DNA of 32,000 nt from Desulfotalea psychrophila LSv54. Lineage in GTDB: Bacteria > Desulfobacterota > Desulfobulbia > Desulfobulbales > Desulfocapsaceae. Under the pieces are notes generated by a model that had not been told where the DNA came from, ran no database searches, and was given only the letters and a program-made list of their open reading frames with translations. The position numbers and the translations under genes are program-made. Of this stretch, positions 25,341 to 32,000 are shown piece after piece. Where the stretch lies: assembly GCF_000025945.1 (NCBI RefSeq), contig NC_006138.1:840001-872000 (forward strand). Reading direction: 5' to 3'. Each line of letters opens with the position of its first letter. The first letter of the stretch is position 1.

Positions 25341-25703
25341 ATGCCTCTCGCCTGTTTGTGCCTGATTATTTTTTTGACAGAGTTGACCTCCAACACGGCA
25401 ACTGCGGCTTTAGTTATGCCGATTCTTTCAGCCGTTGCGGTAGGACTTGACCAGAATCCCCTCTCACCTGTTATTCCAGCTACAATCACCAAATCCTGCG
25501 CATTGCCCGTTGCCACACCTCCCAATGCCATTGTCTTTGGCTCTGCTTATGTGACGATTCCCCGGATGGTAAAATCTGGTTTTGGCCTCGACATTGTAGG
25601 ACTGTCGCTTGCTCTTGCTGTGACCTATCTTATTGCCATCCCTCTGTTTGGTCTAGAGATCGGTGTCTTACCTGAATGGGTACTTGCCGCAGCACCAAAA
25701 TAA
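25341..25703 (+). pseudogene. duplicated 3' fragment of the DASS transporter gene (C-terminal ~120 codons only)
   Basis: The 120-aa ORF is ~88% identical by eye to residues ~507-626 of the upstream transporter, with a 2-codon deletion (SCAFMLP to SCALP). It has no N-terminal domains and no SD, it follows a terminator, and its ATG is formed at the duplication junction. Confidence 0.7.
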
Positions 25704-25717
25704 TTTCTATTGTTTTT

Positions 25718-25756
25718 ACACCATGGATAGCCTAGGATGTTGTTAATGGTGTTTTG
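25718..25756 (+). terminator. degenerate copy of the DASS terminator hairpin in the second repeat unit
   Basis: CACCATGGATA ... TTAATGGTG followed by TTTTGTTG. Only about 6 bp of the stem survive and the T-tract is interrupted. Confidence 0.3.
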
Positions 25757-25926
25757 TTGCTGATTTTATGAAGTATTTATCTGCTTTTTTGTATCTGTGA
25801 TATATCTGTTTTTTTTATATAGATCTATTTTTATTGCCAAAGATTTTTTTCTTGTTAATCTTTGGTTGTTTTTTACTTTGAGGATGTTAGCACTACCAGA
25901 GAAACCATTTACATAGTGGAGTGGTT

Positions 25927-26910
25927 ATGATTGACCTGTCAACGAGTTATTTGGGGCTTGATTTAAAGTGTCCCTTAGTTGTAGGAAGTTGTGGTTTAAC
26001 AAATTCTGTAAAAAAGATTAGGGAGATCGCCGAGGCTGGTGCCGGTGCCGTTGTTTTGAAATCTCTCTTTGAAGAGCAGATTGTGGCAGAACTGGGTCAT
26101 AATCTGGAATCCTATGAGGCGGGGTACCCGGATGCGGTGGATTATATTCGGGAGTATACTCGTGATGCCACCGTTGAAAAATATCTTGATCTTGTCTCCG
26201 CGGCAAAAAAAGCGGTGGATATTCCCGTAATAGCTTCCCTGAACTGTGTTTCTGCAAACGAGTGGACCTCCTTTGCTACCCAAATCGAAAAGGCAGGGGC
26301 CGATGCCATTGAGTTGAACATATCCCTGCTCCCCTCCGACCCGCGAATGAGCGGGGCTGAGGCTGAGAAAAAATATACAGAAATTATTGATAAGGTGGCC
26401 TCCACCGTTTCTGTCCCCCTCTCTCTCAAAATGAGCCAGTTTTCTTCTGGTCTTGCCCACCTTTTGACTCACCTTGGATGGAAACAAAACATTAATGGTT
26501 TTGTTCTTTTCAATCGGTACTATCGTCCAGATATTGATATTGATAAAATGACCATTACTTCGGCTGATATTTTTAGCAATCCAAGTGAAATGCATGAGTC
26601 TTTGCGCTGGGTTGCTCTTCTTTCTGACCGAATTGAAAAAGATTTCGTTGCCTCCACGGGGATCTATGATGGAGCGGCCCTTATCAAGCAACTGCTTGCC
26701 GGGGCAACAGCGGCTCAGATTGTCTCTGCCCTCTACAAAAATGGAATCCCTTATATTGGTGTATTACTCGAAGAACTGAAGCAGTGGATGGAAGAGAAAT
26801 CTTTTTCCCGTGTAGATGATTTTCGAGGTAAGCTTAGCTATAGCAACATTGAAAATCCGGCTGTTTTTGAGCGTACCCAGTTTATGAAATATTATGGCGG
26901 AGTTTCTTAA
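25927..26910 (+). CDS. dihydroorotate dehydrogenase-like flavoprotein (class 1 DHOD-fold paralogue)
   Basis: TIM-barrel pattern of the DHOD/DHPD family (LKCPLVVGSCGLT, AGAVVLKS, DAIELNIS, and a C-terminal G..DG....K.LLAGA..VQI-like stretch). I prefer ATG 25927 (GGAG 6 nt upstream) to the track's GTG at 25921. Confidence 0.7.
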   Translation: MIDLSTSYLGLDLKCPLVVGSCGLTNSVKKIREIAEAGAGAVVLKSLFEEQIVAELGHNLESYEAGYPDAVDYIREYTRDATVEKYLDLVSAAKKAVDIPVIASLNCVSANEWTSFATQIEKAGADAIELNISLLPSDPRMSGAEAEKKYTEIIDKVASTVSVPLSLKMSQFSSGLAHLLTHLGWKQNINGFVLFNRYYRPDIDIDKMTITSADIFSNPSEMHESLRWVALLSDRIEKDFVASTGIYDGAALIKQLLAGATAAQIVSALYKNGIPYIGVLLEELKQWMEEKSFSRVDDFRGKLSYSNIENPAVFERTQFMKYYGGVS

Positions 26911-27004
26911 CTCCAATGGCAGGGTAGAAAGCTGCTGTTCCATGGACTGTGTTTACTGGTTGGTTATCGCTGACTGTTAACTTCATTTATTTGATAGATA
27001 GATT

Positions 27005-28321
27005 ATGGCTTTATTGACCTTTACGAAAGGTGGTGTGCATCCCCCGGAAGCCAAAGAGCAGACTGCGGGGCTTGCAATTGAGGTTATGCCTGTACCGGAT
27101 GAGCTTGAGCTTGTGCTTGGACAGCATATTGGCGCACCCTGTACTCCGACTGTGGCTAGACGGGATCAGGTGCAAGAGGGTGGTCTTATCGGTGAGGTGA
27201 AAAAGGGGTTAGGTGTTCCTCTTCACTCTCCTGTTGCTGGTACGATTAAGGCCTTGGGCAATTCTGGACATCCGATGCGGGTTTCGACTCCCTCTGTCAC
27301 CATTACGGTGGATCACGATGTCCCGGCAAAAGAATATATTCCTCAGGATTGGCAGCAGCTTGAGGTAAGCGAACTGCTCTCCATGGTACACGATGCAGGA
27401 ATTGTCGGTATTGGCGGGGCGGGTTTTCCCTCCCATGTTAAGCTCAGTCCTCCCTCTTCAACTCCCATTGATACTTTGGTGCTTAACGGGGCAGAGTGTG
27501 AGCCCTATATTACTGCAGATCATCGTCAGATGCTTGAGCATGCTCGAGATGTTGTTGAAGGCGCGCGTATTATCTGTAAGATTCTGGGCGTTTCCAGATG
27601 CAGTGTCGGTATTGAAAGCAATAAGCCCGATGCCATTCAGGTGATGGAGCAGGAGGTGCAGGCTGTTGCAGATAGCCAACTTACCATTGAGGTATGTGCC
27701 CTTCAGGTGAAGTATCCACAGGGGTCAGAGAAGCAACTCATTCAGGCGATTACTGGACGTAAGGTGCCGGCCATGTCCCTGCCGTCTGCGGTGGGTGTGG
27801 TTGTGCATAATGTCTCTACCGCCCGAGCTATCTATCAGGCGGTGGCCCTGCAAAAGCCTCTTTACGAGAAGGTTATTACCGTTGCCGGTAAGTGTATTGA
27901 ACGCCCGGCAAATCTTCAGGTAAAACTTGGAACAAAAATTTCTGATATTGTCAATTATCTTGGAGGATTAAAACCAGGTCTAACCCGAATTATTATGGGT
28001 GGACCGATGATGGGTTTTGCCGTATCTGATCTTGATATTCCTATTACTAAAACGACCTCAGCCCTTCTCTTTTTAGCAGAGGACGAGGTGGACACTAATG
28101 AGCCAGGACCCTGTATCCGTTGTGGTTGGTGTCTTGACGCCTGTCCCATGGGACTTGAACCAAAGGAAATTGGTGTCTTTGTCGAAGCGGGTAGGGCAGA
28201 GGATACTGCTCAATTTGGCGTTTTTGACTGTTTTGAATGTGGTAGTTGTGCCTTTGTCTGTCCTATGAAACGACCGCTTGTTCAGTTTGTTCGTTTGGCC
28301 AAGATGAAGATTAAGAGATAG
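27005..28321 (+). CDS. rnfC: Rnf electron transport complex subunit C
   Basis: 438 aa. N-terminus FTKGGVHPPE, NADH/FMN-site GIVGIGGAGFP, NGAECEPY, and two 4Fe-4S motifs: CIRCGWCLDACP and CFECGSCAFVCP. Confidence 0.93.
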   Translation: MALLTFTKGGVHPPEAKEQTAGLAIEVMPVPDELELVLGQHIGAPCTPTVARRDQVQEGGLIGEVKKGLGVPLHSPVAGTIKALGNSGHPMRVSTPSVTITVDHDVPAKEYIPQDWQQLEVSELLSMVHDAGIVGIGGAGFPSHVKLSPPSSTPIDTLVLNGAECEPYITADHRQMLEHARDVVEGARIICKILGVSRCSVGIESNKPDAIQVMEQEVQAVADSQLTIEVCALQVKYPQGSEKQLIQAITGRKVPAMSLPSAVGVVVHNVSTARAIYQAVALQKPLYEKVITVAGKCIERPANLQVKLGTKISDIVNYLGGLKPGLTRIIMGGPMMGFAVSDLDIPITKTTSALLFLAEDEVDTNEPGPCIRCGWCLDACPMGLEPKEIGVFVEAGRAEDTAQFGVFDCFECGSCAFVCPMKRPLVQFVRLAKMKIKR

Positions 28322-28382
28322 ATTCTATTTTGTTACTGTGACAGAATTAAAGAGAAACCGTATTTAAAGAGAGGGAAAGATC

Positions 28383-29435
28383 ATCGAACCGCAAGTATCC
28401 GATCAGCAGGCGGCGGGCATCCCATCACGTTGGACGGTCGCTGTTTCACCCCATGTGAAAAGCCCTGAGTCTGTGGAAAAAATTATGTGGACAGTGACGG
28501 CTTGTCTTTTGCCATCACTCATCTTGTCCACCTTTGTCTTTGGAATCCAAGTTCTTTTGATTACCGCTGTTTCTGTGGCCAGTTGTGTGGCCGTTGAGGC
28601 TATAAGTCAAAAGGGTTTGGGGCGCAGAGTGTGTGTGCGTGACGGTAGCGCTGTCTTGACAGGTCTACTGATAGCCTTTGTTATCCCGCCAGGAGTGTCT
28701 CCTTTACTTCCTGCCCTGGGGGCTGTAATGGCCATATTCATTGGTAAGCATATCCTAGGAGGTTTGGGTTATAATATTTTTAACCCGGCCTTGCTCGGTC
28801 GCGCATTTTTGTTGGCAACATTTCCCGTTGCCATGACCTCTGCATGGTTGCAACCACTTGATGCAACATCAATTTTCCATTTCTTTGATTCTTCAGTGGA
28901 TGCTGTTACAACAGCCACCCCGCTTGCCGTTATGAAAGAACAGGGGATGGAGGCCTTTGTTGCTCAGTTTGGCCAGGGTGCAAGTTTATATAAGTCATTC
29001 TTTCTTGGCTGGCAACCCGGTTGTATTGGTGAAACTTCAGGCTTTTTGTTGCTGCTTGGCGGTATTTTTCTTCTCTATAGGGGATATATAACCTGGCGTA
29101 TTCCTGTCTCTGTTATTGGCTCTGTTGCCCTGTTGACTTGGGTCTTTGGTGGTGATACGCTTTTTAGCGGCGATCCCCTCTTGGCCGTGCTTACCGGTGG
29201 TGTGATGCTCGGTGCCATTTTTATGGCAACCGATTATGTGACCGGTCCAACCAATAAAATATCACAGATAGTCTATGGTATTGGTATTGGTGGACTCACC
29301 GTGCTGATTCGCCTTAAGGGTGGTTACCCCGAGGGCGTCTGTTATGCCATTCTTTTGATGAACTCCATGAGTCCTGTGCTTGATGCTTGGTTTAAGCCAA
29401 AGCGTTTTGCCTTACCAGTAGGAGGTGACAAATGA
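28383..29435 (+). CDS. rnfD: Rnf complex subunit D; 5' end uncertain (ATC 28380/28383 proposed, track start GTG 28455)
   Basis: Polytopic NqrB/RnfD-family protein with the flavinylation-region TTATPLA. The in-frame sequence upstream of GTG 28455 encodes ...RWTVAVSPH, which matches the conserved RnfD N-terminal SSPH region, and a GAGGG SD (28371-28375) precedes ATC ATC. Confidence 0.85.
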   Translation: MEPQVSDQQAAGIPSRWTVAVSPHVKSPESVEKIMWTVTACLLPSLILSTFVFGIQVLLITAVSVASCVAVEAISQKGLGRRVCVRDGSAVLTGLLIAFVIPPGVSPLLPALGAVMAIFIGKHILGGLGYNIFNPALLGRAFLLATFPVAMTSAWLQPLDATSIFHFFDSSVDAVTTATPLAVMKEQGMEAFVAQFGQGASLYKSFFLGWQPGCIGETSGFLLLLGGIFLLYRGYITWRIPVSVIGSVALLTWVFGGDTLFSGDPLLAVLTGGVMLGAIFMATDYVTGPTNKISQIVYGIGIGGLTVLIRLKGGYPEGVCYAILLMNSMSPVLDAWFKPKRFALPVGGDK

Positions 29436-30328
29436 AAGATATCTTAACAATCATCTTTCGTCTGACCCTCTCCTGCATGCTTGCGGGTACGGTGATCGGC
29501 GGAACCTATATTTTCACAAAAAATGCTAAGGCCCATAATGCCCATGTGACAGAACAAAAGGTTCGTTATGCCCTTTTAGGTTATCAGAACCAGGATGCCG
29601 TTCCAGCATCTGTTGCCCTGCATACCATGTATCGCTATGTCGTTTCAGAGCCAGGTAAGCAGTATATTGGTTATCTGTTGCCGATGAAAGAGGGTGCAGA
29701 AGCCCCCTATCTTTTTTTACTGATCAGTCTTGATGGTAAGTTTGTTGAGTCATTTCCAATGAATTTAACCTCTGAGGCAGTTTTGGAGGATGGCTCGCGT
29801 GCCGAGGCTCTTGCCGCTGTTCTGGGTGCTGTTCGTCAGGCACGATTTGCTGATCAGACAACCATTGCCACGGATTCAGGCGCTCGTATGGCCTATCTCC
29901 TCGAAGGTAAATTCCAGGGATTCAAGACTTTCATTAAGGTCATGTTGGCTATCGATCCTCATAATGCCATTATGGGACTTGAGATTCTGGAGCATGAGGA
30001 AGATCCAGGTCTTGGCGCTGAAATAACTCAGGATTATTTTCGAAAGCAGTTTAACAAGAAATCTCTTGAGGTGTTGACTCACCTTGGGGTTGTTAAAGAG
30101 CCTTTGCCCGTCGAATATCAAAATGCCCTGGAGGGTCGAGTTGATCGGGCAGCGGTGGAGAGTGTCATGGATAAGTACAAGGATCATGATATTTATGCCC
30201 TTACCGGTGCGACAATCTCTAGTAATTCTGTAACAACAGGGGTGAAGGCAATTGTTCGAAAATTTGTTTATCGCCTGCGTATATTAGATGGGGTCTTAAA
30301 GGCACAGCAGCTTCAGGTTGCCTTTTAA
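29432..30328 (+). CDS. rnfG: Rnf complex subunit G (FMN-binding), enlarged form
   Basis: 298 aa. N-terminal TM anchor, HEEDPGLG, and the covalent-FMN motif LTGATISSNSV near the C-terminus. ATGA overlap with rnfD. Confidence 0.8.
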   Translation: MKDILTIIFRLTLSCMLAGTVIGGTYIFTKNAKAHNAHVTEQKVRYALLGYQNQDAVPASVALHTMYRYVVSEPGKQYIGYLLPMKEGAEAPYLFLLISLDGKFVESFPMNLTSEAVLEDGSRAEALAAVLGAVRQARFADQTTIATDSGARMAYLLEGKFQGFKTFIKVMLAIDPHNAIMGLEILEHEEDPGLGAEITQDYFRKQFNKKSLEVLTHLGVVKEPLPVEYQNALEGRVDRAAVESVMDKYKDHDIYALTGATISSNSVTTGVKAIVRKFVYRLRILDGVLKAQQLQVAF

Positions 30329-30404
30329 ATTGGGATCAAGATGAAAATGATGACATTGCCCTACTGGTCGATGCCTTTAAAACATTTGAGATAGAGGGGA
30401 GTCT

Positions 30405-31025
30405 GTGGCAAATACGAAAACGAGTATGCAGTTGGTGAGTCGGGGCATACTGAGTCAAAATCCAATTTTTAAACTTGCCCTTTCCATGTGTCCTGCCGTG
30501 GGTATTTCTACCACTGTAATGAATGGCTTGCTACTTGGAATTGCTGTTTTTTTTGTGCAGGTTTGTTCCAGTGTGACTATTTCTCTTTTTAAGAATAAGA
30601 TACATCCACGTATCCGTATTCCAAGCTATACCCTGACTATTGCAACATGGGTTACGGTGATTGATCTGGTGCTTGCGGCGTACCTTCCTGATGCCTACGC
30701 CAAGATGGGAATTTTCGTCAAACTGATTGTTGCCTTCGCTATCATTACCATGCGCCTTGAGATGTTTGCCAGTAAGGAAGACGTTAAGGACTCCTTTTGG
30801 GATGGTGTCGGTATGGGACTTGGCTTTATGGTTGGTATGATGGCCATCGGCTTTGTGCGTGAGCTTTTAGGATTAGGAACCCTGTTTGGTTATGATATAT
30901 TGGGCTTTAAACCCCTGCTCTTTTTTGTTTTACCAAGCGCCGGTTTCTTTGTGGTGGGCTTGATGATGGCCTTCTTTAATTGGATTGAAATTGCCTATAA
31001 GCGTAGAAAGGGGCTACAGTCATGA
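30405..31025 (+). CDS. rnfE: Rnf complex subunit E
   Basis: 206 aa. GILSQNPIFKLALSMCPAVG is the typical RnfE/NqrD N-terminus. GTG start with a GAGGGGA SD. Confidence 0.9.
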   Translation: MANTKTSMQLVSRGILSQNPIFKLALSMCPAVGISTTVMNGLLLGIAVFFVQVCSSVTISLFKNKIHPRIRIPSYTLTIATWVTVIDLVLAAYLPDAYAKMGIFVKLIVAFAIITMRLEMFASKEDVKDSFWDGVGMGLGFMVGMMAIGFVRELLGLGTLFGYDILGFKPLLFFVLPSAGFFVVGLMMAFFNWIEIAYKRRKGLQS

Positions 31026-31960
31026 TGAAATTTTCATTACGTTCTTTTGTGTGTGCAGTTCTGTTGGCTCTGCTCTTGCCTGCTGTGGGTTACGGTCAAG
31101 ATCTTATAAAGGAGCAGAGCTTTGGTAAGGACGATAGCATTGTATTGGATTTTGCCCTGCCTGTAGATCAAGTAGCTGCTGCCAAGGTAAGTAACTATAC
31201 CGTCTTTGAAGAGAATGATCCTGATATTCGCCTGGCCATAAAATCGGCGGATGTTCTGCAGGGTGGATCCCAGGTTGTGTTGAACTTTGCTGAGCCACTC
31301 AATACGACACAGGCCCATATTGTCCAGATTACCAATCTGGCAGATGACAGGTTGACCACCCGGGTGAGTAAATCCTATCTTGCCTATCTCTTTTCTATTT
31401 TAATCTCGGCACTCTTGATTAATAACTTTGTCTTTACCAAATACCTCGGTCTCTGTGTATTTTTTGGTACATCAAAGCGAAAGAGTACGGCAAAGGGTAT
31501 GGGCGTAGTCTTCACCATTGTTATGGTGGTTTCAGCCTGTATGAGTTGGTTCTTCTATCAGTATTTCCTGATACCGTATGATCTCAACTTCTTACAAATT
31601 TTAGTCTTTATCGGCCTTGTTTCTCTTACTGTTCAGGCGGTTGATACAGTTCTGCGTAAGGTGAATCCTGTCCTGTTCAACTCCTTTGGAGTGTATCTTG
31701 TTCTGGTTATTGCCAACTGTGTAATTATTGCTGTTCCGCTTATTGTTGCCAATAATAACTACAATATATTTGAAACAATCATGCTCTCCCTTGGTGCTGG
31801 TGGTGGTTTCTTGTTGGCTCTTTATTTGATGAGTTCCGTAAGTGAGCGTCTTGCTCTTGCTAAGATACCGCCCAGCTTTAAGGGTTTGCCCGTAGCATTT
31901 ATTGTGGCAGGTCAGTTTGCCATGGCCTTTCTTGGCTTTTCAGGCTTACAGATTTTTTAG
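31022..31960 (+). CDS. rnfA: Rnf complex subunit A fused to an N-terminal signal peptide and ~90-aa extra domain
   Basis: 312 aa. Residues ~115-312 read as canonical RnfA (LINNFVFTKYLGLCVFFGTSKRKSTAKGMG ... FLGFSGLQIF). Residues 1-114 are extra. ATGA overlap with rnfE. Confidence 0.9.
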   Translation: MMKFSLRSFVCAVLLALLLPAVGYGQDLIKEQSFGKDDSIVLDFALPVDQVAAAKVSNYTVFEENDPDIRLAIKSADVLQGGSQVVLNFAEPLNTTQAHIVQITNLADDRLTTRVSKSYLAYLFSILISALLINNFVFTKYLGLCVFFGTSKRKSTAKGMGVVFTIVMVVSACMSWFFYQYFLIPYDLNFLQILVFIGLVSLTVQAVDTVLRKVNPVLFNSFGVYLVLVIANCVIIAVPLIVANNNYNIFETIMLSLGAGGGFLLALYLMSSVSERLALAKIPPSFKGLPVAFIVAGQFAMAFLGFSGLQIF

Positions 31961-32000
31961 TGGCATCGGCTGTAATGAGGCAGGGAAAGCTGAGCTGATT

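Larger units (their letters stand above)
24888..25794 (+). repeat. tandem direct duplication, two ~455-bp units (24888-25342 and 25343-25794), diverged by roughly one base in ten by eye
   Basis: Read directly. Each unit holds the last ~120 codons of the DASS gene, its stop codon, the terminator hairpin and ~50 bp of downstream flank (tgctgattttatgaag...ctgct(c/t)ttttgtat). Confidence 0.9.

Noticed and set aside
25996-26691. A 231-aa minus-strand ORF inside the DHOD-like gene.
   Set aside because: It is fully antisense to a CDS with clear family motifs. Its translation has no recognisable domains and an odd composition, so I treat it as a shadow ORF.
31961-32000. I looked for the start of rnfB after rnfA.
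   Set aside because: The GTG/ATG frame beginning at 31960 and 31977 closes at TGA 31996. The only frame open to the window end (GIGCNEAGKAELI) has no canonical start within the 40 nt available. There is too little sequence to call anything.
1-32000. Scan for tRNA, rRNA, CRISPR repeats, IS elements, integrases, toxin-antitoxin pairs and defence-system genes.
   Set aside because: I saw no T-loop-type GGTTCGA motifs, no regularly spaced short repeats, no transposase- or integrase-like ORFs and no terminal inverted repeats. Apart from the 455-bp tandem duplication, the window reads as core genome.

Overview
This window looks like a chromosomal, mostly housekeeping segment of an anaerobic Gram-negative bacterium. 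The gene content (Rnf complex, ECF-type NikMLKQO nickel importer, TAXI-TRAP transporter, class II DAHP synthase, pyrG-kdsA-kdsC-lptC) fits a Desulfobacterota/deltaproteobacterial-type genome, but that taxonomy is inference only. I found no rRNA, tRNA, CRISPR array, transposase, integrase or phage genes. Gene order: TRAP fused permease (truncated at the window start) and TAXI binding protein (-); def-fmt-larC-pgpA (+); a small membrane ORF (-); response regulator, stand-alone RAM-domain protein, 709-aa sensor kinase and an HsdR_N-like protein (+); class II DAHP synthase (+); HtrA/DegQ protease (+); nikM-nikL-nikK-nikQ-nikO (-) behind a perfect 7-N13-7 palindrome; FNR-like flavoprotein and trmO (+); pyrG-kdsA-kdsC-lptC (-); a DASS/SLC13 transporter whose last ~455 bp are tandemly duplicated (+); a DHOD-like flavoprotein and rnfC-D-G-E-A (+), running to the window end. 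Items worth a second look: (1) atypical Rnf subunits: RnfA carries an N-terminal signal peptide plus ~90-aa extra domain, RnfG is enlarged, and rnfD has conserved N-terminal coding sequence upstream of any canonical start codon; (2) the diverged tandem duplication of the DASS 3' end, where the junction creates an in-frame ATG; (3) the nickel importer, with a NikR-like operator, a His-rich tail on the ATPase, and predicted N-terminal His on both accessory periplasmic proteins; (4) the RR / RAM-domain / HK three-gene cassette, with phased TGACA repeats upstream. All functional calls come from reading the supplied translations and recognising family motifs. No database search was run.
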